From Anaerolineales bacterium (GTDB lineage: Bacteria > Chloroflexota > Anaerolineae > Anaerolineales > Anaerolineaceae): a DNA stretch of 64,000 bases. Under the pieces are notes generated by a model. That model was not told where the DNA came from. It saw only the letters and a program-made list of their open reading frames with translations, and did not search any database. The DNA lies in NCBI GenBank assembly GCA_038206515.1, contig JBBRAT010000001.1, positions 40,089 to 104,088 of the forward strand. Reading direction: 5' to 3'. The translations under genes were made by a program, and so were the position numbers. Shown here piece after piece: positions 28,336 to 36,596 of the stretch; positions within the stretch are counted from its first letter, which is position 1, and each line of letters starts with the position of its first letter.

Positions 28336-29595
28336 TTGCCTCTTGTAACGAATGAACGCAAGTTCTATAATAGAACTATGAACAGTCTTGCAAAGCTAGC
28401 ATCGGTAACGGAGGAAATGAGCCTGGAGGTGGAAGAAACGCCCTCCGCGCCTGATCATTTGCCTGGGCAGACTTCGCCCTCCCCGTTTAGCTTGGCGGGT
28501 ACAGCGGAATGTCCCTCTACAGGCAAAACGCACTCGAAAGAAAGCACCGCAGGGCTGCCAATCAGTATGGTGAGTACCCCTCGAGGTCCCATTCCCATCA
28601 TAAAATCCATGATGACCTCTGCCTGTGAGCGGAATTGTTATTACTGCCCTTTCCGTTCGGGACGGGACTTCCGGCGGATGACGTTTAAGCCAGATGAAAT
28701 GGCGGAAGCGGTGCAGCAGCTCAGTCAGGCAGGGGTGGTGCAGGGGGCGTTCGTCAGCTCTGGGATTGCAGGCGGAGGGGTGCGCACGCAGGATCAACTG
28801 TTAGATATGGCTGAAATCCTGCGGCATAAGTATCAATATCGCGGGTACTTGCATCTGAAGCTCATGCCAGGGGCGGAACAGGATCAGATTTTGCGCGCTA
28901 TGCAGCTGGCGGATCGCGTTTCGGTGAACTTGGAAGCGCCTAATACCCAACGCTTGTTAAGACTTGCGCCGCAAAAAGTGTTTTTGGAGGAGCTTTTACA
29001 ACCCTTGCGCACGGTGGAAGCCATCCGCAAAAGTCAGCCTGGAGCGCGGGGTTGGAAGGGTCGCTGGCCCTCCATGACCACGCAATTTGTGGTGGGCGCG
29101 GCGGGCGAAAATGACCTGGAAGTGCTGCAAACGGTGGATTATTTATACCGAAATTTACGTCTGGCGCGCGCGTACTTCTCTGGGTTTCATCCGGTGGCGC
29201 AAACTCCGCTGGAAGAACTGCCTGCCATTGTCCCCTGGCGGCAACACCGGTTGTATCAGGCTTCTTTCTTGCTGCGTGATTATGGCTTTGGGGTGGAAGA
29301 CTTGCCCTTCGAGGGGGATGGATTGCTGCCGCTCGGCGTTGACCCGAAGCTCGCCTGGGCGCGTAGCAACCTGAACGAAGCACCCATCGAGTTAAACAAA
29401 GCCAGCCGGCAGGACTTGCTCCGCATTCCGGGCATTGGTCCGAAGGGCGCGCAGGTGATTTTCACGTTCTTGCAGGGTGGTGGGCAGTTTAAACGGGTGG
29501 AGGATTTGAAGAACCTGGGGGTTTATAGCACCCGCGCTGCGCCGTTCATCTTGATTGACGGCAAACAAGCGCCTACACAGCTCAGTTTGTTTTAG
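28336..29595 (+). CDS. Radical SAM protein with a C-terminal ComEA-like helix-hairpin-helix DNA-binding motif (putative DNA modification/repair radical SAM family).
   Basis: CxxxCxxC cluster CERNCYYCPF. C-terminal LLRIPGIGPKGAQVI HhH. The N-terminal 90 aa are low-complexity, so the true start may be internal. Confidence 0.75.
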   Translation: MPLVTNERKFYNRTMNSLAKLASVTEEMSLEVEETPSAPDHLPGQTSPSPFSLAGTAECPSTGKTHSKESTAGLPISMVSTPRGPIPIIKSMMTSACERNCYYCPFRSGRDFRRMTFKPDEMAEAVQQLSQAGVVQGAFVSSGIAGGGVRTQDQLLDMAEILRHKYQYRGYLHLKLMPGAEQDQILRAMQLADRVSVNLEAPNTQRLLRLAPQKVFLEELLQPLRTVEAIRKSQPGARGWKGRWPSMTTQFVVGAAGENDLEVLQTVDYLYRNLRLARAYFSGFHPVAQTPLEELPAIVPWRQHRLYQASFLLRDYGFGVEDLPFEGDGLLPLGVDPKLAWARSNLNEAPIELNKASRQDLLRIPGIGPKGAQVIFTFLQGGGQFKRVEDLKNLGVYSTRAAPFILIDGKQAPTQLSLF

Positions 29596-29666
29596 GTTGT
29601 GGGCGTTCATCGCTTTGATTTCCCTATCTTTAACGAGGAAATTACGCCGAAACCGTGCGATATAGC

Positions 29667-29695
29667 TTGACTCCTCTATCACGATTCTTTATAAT
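29667..29695 (+). promoter_or_regulatory. Perfect consensus sigma70 promoter TTGACT-17-TATAAT driving the Hsp70-like operon.
   Basis: Hexamers and 17-nt spacer read directly from the sequence, about 100 nt upstream of the 29799 ATG, in an AT-rich intergenic region. Confidence 0.6.
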
Positions 29696-29798
29696 CTTTT
29701 TAAGATCAGCAATCCCCTTTTACAGAATATAATATTGGGTGGGGGTATATCTTCTTTATTTCCAGCAAGCTTTATTTAATCTTAGGAGATAATCTGTC

Positions 29799-31343
29799 AT
29801 GTCGGCAAATGTCACCGCCGTTGGTATTGATTTAGGCACCACATATTCAGCAGTAGCTATACTGGATGAACATGGGCATCCTGAAATACTTCCGTGTTCT
29901 GAAGGGGAACGTCTGGTCCCTTCGGCCGTTTTCTTCGACAATGACCAGGTGGTTGTCGGGCAAATTGCCAAGGACGCTGCAATCACAGACCCAGATAATG
30001 TTGTGTTATTCATCAAGCGCCAAATGGGAATGGCTGGTTGGCATTATTCTTATCAGGGTCAAAGCCTCACGCCTACAGACATCTCTGCATTCATTCTTAA
30101 AAAACTCAAAAAAGACGCTGAACAGGCATTAGATCACCCTATTACCCATGCGGTTGTTACGGTGCCGGCTTATTTTGATCCTGATCGGCGGCGCGCTACC
30201 CAATCTGCTGCTGAAATTGCGGGTTTCAAGGTTCTCACCCTTCTCAATGAGCCTACAGCCGCCGCAATTGCTTTTGGCGTTGAGCGCGCCACTAAGCCGG
30301 AAACTGTACTGGTTTACGATTTAGGTGGGGGAACTTTTGATGTTACCTTAATGCGCGTTGAGGGCAAAGAAATTACGATCCTGGCGACAGATGGCGACCA
30401 TCAATTGGGTGGGAAAGATTTCGATGATGCACTGATGCGTTTTTGTGTTCAGTGTTTTCGTGAAGAACATGGGTTTGACCCAACAGACGACCCCCATACG
30501 GAACAGATGATTCGGAAAGATGCTGAGAAACTCAAACGAGAGTTAAGCGTCCGCACAAAGACAGCCCTTCGAATAGCAGCGCAGGGGCATGTTAGCCGAA
30601 TTGAGATTGAACGCGAACGATTTGAGAGTTTAATCAAGGTTAAAATTGATATTACCCTGGCATTGGTACGCACATTGCTTCAGGAACAGAAAATGAGGCC
30701 CGAAGTGGTTGATCGCGTATTACTGATCGGCGGTAGTACACGTATCCCTGCAGTTCGTGCAGCACTGCATCAATATTTTGGGAAGCCACCCGATACCTCA
30801 ATTAACCCAGATGAGGCAGTCGCGCATGGCGCAGCTTTGATGGCGGCAAAGAAAATCAACGAGCTTTACCCAGAATCGGTCTCAGAGGCTGTGGCTGTGA
30901 AAACATCTGATCTCATGGTTGCAGATGTGACTTCGCATAGTCTTGGAATTGCAACTGTGCAACCAGGGAATCCACCGCGCAGGTATCATAGCATCCTCAT
31001 TCAACGAAATTCACCCATCCCGGCTGAAAGTTCACGGGATTTTCTGACTTCTGAGGCTGGCGCAACGGTGATCAAAGTGACTGTTTACCGGGGTGAGTCT
31101 ACTAAATTAGAAGATTGTAGCCCAGTAGGGGAATTTACATTGTCTGGGCTGCCCCCAAATCGTCCGCCGGGCAAACGCATTCGCGTTACGGTGGCTTGTG
31201 GGGAAAACGGGTTGGTTCAGGTCTCTGCGATAGATATTGAAACCGGATTACAGGCGCAAACAGAGGTGAGCTACCAGGATGGGCAGAATGCTCATCATGT
31301 ATCAGCGCGTCAACGCTGGATGCAGTCTCAGAAAGTAGAATAA
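29799..31343 (+). CDS. Non-canonical Hsp70-family ATPase (nucleotide-binding domain plus substrate-binding beta domain, no C-terminal helical lid). HscC/YegD-like.
   Basis: Hsp70 signatures IGIDLGTTYSAVA, DLGGGTFDV, LIGGSTRIPAVR. Only 514 aa, ending after the SBD-beta region. Confidence 0.85.
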   Translation: MSANVTAVGIDLGTTYSAVAILDEHGHPEILPCSEGERLVPSAVFFDNDQVVVGQIAKDAAITDPDNVVLFIKRQMGMAGWHYSYQGQSLTPTDISAFILKKLKKDAEQALDHPITHAVVTVPAYFDPDRRRATQSAAEIAGFKVLTLLNEPTAAAIAFGVERATKPETVLVYDLGGGTFDVTLMRVEGKEITILATDGDHQLGGKDFDDALMRFCVQCFREEHGFDPTDDPHTEQMIRKDAEKLKRELSVRTKTALRIAAQGHVSRIEIERERFESLIKVKIDITLALVRTLLQEQKMRPEVVDRVLLIGGSTRIPAVRAALHQYFGKPPDTSINPDEAVAHGAALMAAKKINELYPESVSEAVAVKTSDLMVADVTSHSLGIATVQPGNPPRRYHSILIQRNSPIPAESSRDFLTSEAGATVIKVTVYRGESTKLEDCSPVGEFTLSGLPPNRPPGKRIRVTVACGENGLVQVSAIDIETGLQAQTEVSYQDGQNAHHVSARQRWMQSQKVE

Positions 31344-31367
31344 TTATCTCATTTTAAAGGGGAATCC

Positions 31368-32633
31368 ATGAGTACCAATCGGCATACGCTCCAAAACAGT
31401 GAAATTGTCAAATTCTCAGAGTCGCTCGAAAAAGGACTTCCTATTTTCTTTCTCGAAAAAAAGCTTACCGTTGAGGATGGTTGGGTAGCTGTAATGACGG
31501 TTGGCGGTTCGTATCAAGAAACGCTTGCCGCTGGCACTCATTTTCTAGGGAAATACAAGATTAACCGAGAGCTTAAATCTACTCTGGTTGACATTCGTAT
31601 AAAAACCCTCAACGTTATCACAGACCGCGAGTTTAGCATTTCTCAGCCTGTCCCTGTGGAAGTGAATATTGATCTGGCTGTGGAATATAGGGTCGTAGAT
31701 GCGCGGCGCGTCGCCCTCGAAATGACAACACCGCTTACTAGCCTTTTTGATCGCGTGCTGCAAGCGTTGCGCGATGGCGTGGTAAATGCCACCCTGGATG
31801 AAATCCGCAGGCAGGGGGGCGGTATTGCCCAGGCGGTTCAGCATCATTTGCAGGCGATGAAATTGCCTCAGACTCTTGGGATGGAAGTCTTGAACGTAAT
31901 GACCACGCGGATTAAAGCCACCGATACTGGGGGTGATGCGCTGGCAACACGGCAATTAGAATGGTGGACGAGAATGCAGGATGCCGTGGTTAACGGAAAT
32001 ATTTACCAACATATTAACGTTACTCCCCAATACCTGATGTTGACCCAGCCGGACTTGTACGCCAAGTTAAATGCGGGTCATGTTGAAGTCTTGAAAGAAT
32101 TGATTGACAAGGGAATGCTTGACCCATCCGGGGTCATGAATCAGCCTACCCGATCAACTGGGGGTAACATGATGGACATGACGAACCTGCTTTTGGGTGG
32201 TTTGACGGGAATGGGTATTCAAAACGGTCCTACGCAGCCGACAGGGTATGCTGGTCAACCGTCATCTCCTTCTCCACAGATCACTTCTGGCGGGGCTGGC
32301 GCTTCCTCGGCGAAGGACATCCATGCCCGTATGGAGGAAGAAATTCGCTACCTGGAGCAAGTTCCAGGTGTAAAAGTGGAGGTTTCTCCGGGGGTGAATG
32401 GGCGTGGGATCGCGGATGGGTCCTATAACTTGCGGGTGTCGTTTAAAAGCAGCTCGTATGCTGCGCAATATGTATTGTATATTACCTGCCCACCTGGTTA
32501 TCCACAATCAACGCCTTCTATCGAATTGGCCCAAAATGAAGAGGAAGTCTCTTTTCAGTCAACCGTCTTAAGACGATGGGCTGGGCAGTGGTTGGTAGAG
32601 ATTGTTCGTGAAGTTCGTCAATATTTTAGTTAA
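31368..32633 (+). CDS. SPFH (band-7/prohibitin-like) domain protein with a Gly/Pro/Ser-rich linker and a C-terminal RWD/UBC-like (E2-fold, probably non-catalytic) domain.
   Basis: SPFH-like core (VEDGWVAVMTVGG...HFL...VDIRIKTLNV...IDLAVEYRVVD...TLDEIRRQ). C-terminus EEEIRYLEQV...YVLYITCPPGYPQSTPSIEL...LVEIVREV resembles the RWD/UEV pattern. The RWD call is an inference. Confidence 0.65.
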   Translation: MSTNRHTLQNSEIVKFSESLEKGLPIFFLEKKLTVEDGWVAVMTVGGSYQETLAAGTHFLGKYKINRELKSTLVDIRIKTLNVITDREFSISQPVPVEVNIDLAVEYRVVDARRVALEMTTPLTSLFDRVLQALRDGVVNATLDEIRRQGGGIAQAVQHHLQAMKLPQTLGMEVLNVMTTRIKATDTGGDALATRQLEWWTRMQDAVVNGNIYQHINVTPQYLMLTQPDLYAKLNAGHVEVLKELIDKGMLDPSGVMNQPTRSTGGNMMDMTNLLLGGLTGMGIQNGPTQPTGYAGQPSSPSPQITSGGAGASSAKDIHARMEEEIRYLEQVPGVKVEVSPGVNGRGIADGSYNLRVSFKSSSYAAQYVLYITCPPGYPQSTPSIELAQNEEEVSFQSTVLRRWAGQWLVEIVREVRQYFS

Positions 32634-32642
32634 AGGGGAGAT

Positions 32643-33329
32643 ATGACCAATAATCCGTTTGAACTGTTGAGGGTTGCCCCGGATACCGCTTTCGATGGGC
32701 TTCAGAATGCTTATCAATTGTGCCGCGCAAAGGCGATTGCCGAACAGGCTAACGATGAGACCTTACGAACGATTGATGAAGCATACCGCGCTGCGCTCGA
32801 AAGTTTATCTCAACGACAGGCATCTACCCATTTATCTGTCTTACCTACGCAGGCGGTAGCAGTGTATAACCCGCCCATGCAGCCCAAATCCTCTGCCTAT
32901 AATCCAACTGAGCTGCTCTCGCAGGCGCTTAAAGAACAGGTTAGTCCATCTACTTTTGCAACGATTGATTGCCCAAACTGTGGAATCCCTAACCCTGCTC
33001 AGGTTACCGTTTGTCAGCAATGCGGCAGCCAAATTAGTCGCACTTGCACAGTCTGCGCCGCGCAGATCCCCTTATATGCGTCTGTTTGCCAGCGTTGTGG
33101 CGCGCCGGTGAATGAAGTTGCAAAAAATAAGGCTCTTCAGGCAAATGATGCATCTCAGAAAATTGAACAAGAACGCTTTGAAGAAAATGAGCGTATCCTC
33201 CGCCATGAGCAGCGTCATGCTACGCGCGCTGTTTATGGGACCGTTTTCTGGCTAGTGGTTACTGTTGCCTTAGTAGCCCTTTGCGGATTGGCTTTGTTTG
33301 CGTATTGGTCTGCCTCGCAGTTGAGATGA
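32643..33329 (+). CDS. Membrane-anchored protein with a degenerate J-like N-terminal helical domain, a double zinc ribbon and a C-terminal transmembrane helix.
   Basis: NPFELLRV...AYQLCRAKA (weak J-like). CPNCG...CQQCG and CTVCA...CQRCG ribbons. C-terminal transmembrane helix. Its stop overlaps the next start (ATGA). Confidence 0.55.
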   Translation: MTNNPFELLRVAPDTAFDGLQNAYQLCRAKAIAEQANDETLRTIDEAYRAALESLSQRQASTHLSVLPTQAVAVYNPPMQPKSSAYNPTELLSQALKEQVSPSTFATIDCPNCGIPNPAQVTVCQQCGSQISRTCTVCAAQIPLYASVCQRCGAPVNEVAKNKALQANDASQKIEQERFEENERILRHEQRHATRAVYGTVFWLVVTVALVALCGLALFAYWSASQLR

Positions 33330-34144
33330 CTCAGGAAACAGACTCTCAGTCTCGTTCGGATTTAACGGCTTGCCCCAATTGTGGCAACATGAACCGCCCG
33401 AATGTGCTGATTTGCCCAGCTTGTGGGGTGCGCGTTGACCTCTTTGAGAGCGCCCAAGAAGCCTTGGATGCTAAAAGTCAGGCAGTTCAGGTGCAGCGCC
33501 GGGCGGTATTTGCTGAAACTGCCACCAAAGAGGAAGAGGAAGAGCAGCAAAACGTGCGCCGGAAGCTGTGGCGTTTCTGGCTTCCCATCGTGTTATTGGC
33601 TACAGGCTTGTTAGCTTTACCCATCTGGTTGTTTGCTTCCAATGCCGGCGCCAGTGAGCGGCAGAAGAAAGAAATGCTTCAATCGCTTTTGCTGAAAGCG
33701 GAAGATTGTATCAAAGCACAAGATTTTTCCTGTGCCAGGGATACCTATACTGAACTCATCCAGTTAGACCCACTCAATGAGGTTGCCAGGAAGGGATTAT
33801 GGTCAGCGCAAGTGGGGTTGGCTCGGGATTTGGCAAAGAAAGGGCAAATTGATGGAGCGATTGAGGCGCTAACCCCAGCGCGCAAAGCCACGCCCCAAGA
33901 TGAGGCGTTGATTGACCTGGAAGTATCACTTCGGGGTCAGAAAGCGAATCAGCTCGCGCGTAAAGGGGATTGGCGCGCCGCGATTGATATGCAGTCTGCC
34001 GCATTAGAGCTTAAACCCAATGACTCAGGTGTGCGTAACCAAATTCGCACGTTTTTCGACCAGTGGATTGTTTTTGAACGCGCCAAGGGGAATATTACCC
34101 AGGCGGTGATGTTGCAAATCGAAAAGAAAGCAAGATTCCCATAA
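33326..34144 (+). CDS. Zinc-ribbon / transmembrane / TPR-like repeat protein.
   Basis: CPNCGNMNRPNVLICPACG ribbon, an acidic stretch, a transmembrane helix (WLPIVLLATGLLALPIWLF), then helical TPR-like repeats. Confidence 0.55.
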   Translation: MTQETDSQSRSDLTACPNCGNMNRPNVLICPACGVRVDLFESAQEALDAKSQAVQVQRRAVFAETATKEEEEEQQNVRRKLWRFWLPIVLLATGLLALPIWLFASNAGASERQKKEMLQSLLLKAEDCIKAQDFSCARDTYTELIQLDPLNEVARKGLWSAQVGLARDLAKKGQIDGAIEALTPARKATPQDEALIDLEVSLRGQKANQLARKGDWRAAIDMQSAALELKPNDSGVRNQIRTFFDQWIVFERAKGNITQAVMLQIEKKARFP

Positions 34145-34212
34145 AAATCGGGGAATGACGGAGTTAAACGGAATTTCGCACTATTGTTTAATACGATTAT
34201 GTTTGAGGAGAA

Positions 34213-35172
34213 ATGATTATGGCAAATTATTATGAACTGCTTCAGGTTCCACCGACTTCCAGCCCCCAAGAAATTGAGGTCTCTCTTGATCGCTTATATA
34301 ACGAAACGCGCCGTAAGGTGACTAATTTTGATCCGCAAATTGCAACCCAGGCGAATCAGGCGCTCCAATTGCTGGAGCAAATGCGCTCAATTCTTCTTTC
34401 GCCGGATAAGCGCAATGCTTATGATACGGCCTTGGGGATTGGCGCAAATGCGGGTGGATTGGTAGACCCCGAAGCGATATTCCGTTCCCCCGCTCCTCCT
34501 GCTGGGCCTGTATTAGGCATGCCAACGGTTGGGATGCAATTCGGGCAACCCATGCCCCAATCCCAGGTAGCGCAGCCCGCAGTCCGCACGGATGCGTGGA
34601 CTTGCCCAACCTGTCACCATCCGAACCTTGTGGGGGCGCAATTCTGTGCGAAAGATGGGGTGAAGATTGGTCATCCTTGCCCCAAGTGTGAACAGATGGC
34701 TGAATTGGCAAATAATTTTTGCCCCGCCTGTGGAGCTGACAAACGGAAGGTGTACGAACAAAAACAACAAGCAGAAATTGAGAAATTGCATGTAAGAATC
34801 AATGGCATCAATGCGCAAATAGAACAGATTCGCAAAGTTGCCAGCCTCAGTTCAAGTGGAAGCCTGCGAGGGGCAGATTTGACCGTTTATAAAGAGCTAC
34901 GTCAGGGGAGCAGTTCGGGATGTGCCTGGATGGTCGCGATTATATTATTTATTACCATCTCGGCAGTTTTCACTAGCATGGGGGCTGCTCAAATCTTTTA
35001 TATCCTTTTTGCTCTTGGGATTTCTGCTCTCGTAGGATGGTTCGTCTATTCGAGTGGCAAAAAATCGCATATAGATACTCAGGCAAAAAAGCGCATCAGT
35101 GAGTTGCAAAGCCAGCTTCCTGGGCTTCAACAGCAAATCAGCGAAGTACAGTCGCACCAATACCCCAATTAA
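34213..35172 (+). CDS. J-domain-like protein with HPD replaced by FDP, plus a double zinc ribbon, a coiled coil and two C-terminal transmembrane helices.
   Basis: NYYELLQV...SPQEIEVSLDRLYNETRRKV TNFDPQ ...ALQLLEQMRSILLSPDKRNAYD aligns with the canonical J domain (DYYEILGV...YHPDKN...AYEVLSDPEKRAAYD), with the catalytic HPD lost. CPTCHH...CAKDG and CPKCE...CPACG ribbons. Confidence 0.7.
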   Translation: MIMANYYELLQVPPTSSPQEIEVSLDRLYNETRRKVTNFDPQIATQANQALQLLEQMRSILLSPDKRNAYDTALGIGANAGGLVDPEAIFRSPAPPAGPVLGMPTVGMQFGQPMPQSQVAQPAVRTDAWTCPTCHHPNLVGAQFCAKDGVKIGHPCPKCEQMAELANNFCPACGADKRKVYEQKQQAEIEKLHVRINGINAQIEQIRKVASLSSSGSLRGADLTVYKELRQGSSSGCAWMVAIILFITISAVFTSMGAAQIFYILFALGISALVGWFVYSSGKKSHIDTQAKKRISELQSQLPGLQQQISEVQSHQYPN

Positions 35173-35184
35173 CAGGACAATTCC

Positions 35185-36594
35185 ATGCCCAATTACTATG
35201 AGACCCTCCACGTTATTCCAACTGCAACTGCGCAAGAGATTGAGCCCGTTATCGATCGGTTATATAACGAGACGCGCCGCAAAGTAACCAATTTCGATCC
35301 ACAAGTTGCGGCGCAAGCCAATCAGGCTTTGCTGGTATTGGAACAAATGCGGACGACCTTGCTTAATCCGCAATTGCGCGCTGAATATGATAAAACTTTA
35401 GACTTGAATATGCAGATGGGAGGGCTGCTTGACCCAGACTCTCCTCCGGTAGCTATTCCCTCAGCCTCCTCATTGGGAATGCCTTCTGGTAATATGGCCT
35501 TTGGGTCAATCTCCGCCGGAACATCGCAGGGAAGACAGTCCCCGCAGGTTGCCCCTCAGGGGATCATTGCACCCAAAACAACCTGGACTTGTCCCCAATG
35601 CCATGTTGAAAATCCGCCGCAAACGCTTTTCTGTAAGAGCTGTGGGGGCGAAGTGGGTTTAACTTGCCCTAAATGTCATAAAACCTATGAGGTAGCCACT
35701 ACTCAGTTTTGTTCAAGCTGCGGTAGCCACCTTGCGACTGAGGTACACCGCAAAAGACTTCAGGACCGCCTCTCCCTGGCTGAAAATGATTTACAGACCA
35801 CTCAGGCAACAGATCCAAGACGAGATAACGAACTCAGTCTGTTACGAGCTGCCATTTTGCAGTCTTTTGCCTGGGTAGCTCTCTTGATTGTCTTTCGGTT
35901 GATTGGCATCCCAATCTTAAATGCACTTAGGGTTAGGTTGGATACTACTGATATTTTTGTAGGAAATGGCATGCGCTATGCTGCCCTATGGGGTGGTTTA
36001 GCGGTAGTTACGATTGCTTTTGCCATACTCCTTCGGGCGCGATGGACAGCAGCGTGGGGCGCGCTGTTTGCCGCCTTCCTATGGGGATCAACGAGTCTCT
36101 TTCTCTTTCTGGAAGCCTATTACAATAATTCGTATAGCGATACATCCTATGGCTACTCGGGCTATCGAGATGTACAGCTTGGGGTTGCTGTTCTTCTCTT
36201 GCTCGTTGACCTCGTTTTAGCTGCGCAACCACGCAAATTCGCCAAATCTTTTACGGAATGGATTAACAAGCCAAAAGGAATCGTGACGATTTCGCATGTA
36301 TTTGGCTGGATTTTTGCTTTAATCGTGGCTGCTCAAATGGGGACATGGCTATCTCCGTACTATTTCCGCTTGGGTGATCCGCTCGGCATTTACATGATAA
36401 CTACATTTCTGCACACGGGAATCTATTGTGTATTGGGTGTGATTCTGTTGTGGCAAGGTGTTTTTGGCTTGGGCATTGTGAATAAAGTGAATAATCAGGT
36501 GCGGAATGCCTTGCTTACTCAGACGCAACGCATCAAGGAATTAACGAGTGAGGTAGAAAGCCTGAAACAGGACTTGACGCATATATCGCGCTAA
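35185..36594 (+). CDS. Paralogous J-like (FDP instead of HPD) zinc-ribbon protein with a multi-spanning membrane C-terminal half.
   Basis: NYYETLHV...AQEIEPVIDRLYNETRRKVTNFDPQ...LRAEYD. CPQCH...CKSCGG and CPKCH...CSSCGS ribbons. At least six transmembrane helices. Confidence 0.7.
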   Translation: MPNYYETLHVIPTATAQEIEPVIDRLYNETRRKVTNFDPQVAAQANQALLVLEQMRTTLLNPQLRAEYDKTLDLNMQMGGLLDPDSPPVAIPSASSLGMPSGNMAFGSISAGTSQGRQSPQVAPQGIIAPKTTWTCPQCHVENPPQTLFCKSCGGEVGLTCPKCHKTYEVATTQFCSSCGSHLATEVHRKRLQDRLSLAENDLQTTQATDPRRDNELSLLRAAILQSFAWVALLIVFRLIGIPILNALRVRLDTTDIFVGNGMRYAALWGGLAVVTIAFAILLRARWTAAWGALFAAFLWGSTSLFLFLEAYYNNSYSDTSYGYSGYRDVQLGVAVLLLLVDLVLAAQPRKFAKSFTEWINKPKGIVTISHVFGWIFALIVAAQMGTWLSPYYFRLGDPLGIYMITTFLHTGIYCVLGVILLWQGVFGLGIVNKVNNQVRNALLTQTQRIKELTSEVESLKQDLTHISR

Positions 36595-36596
36595 TA

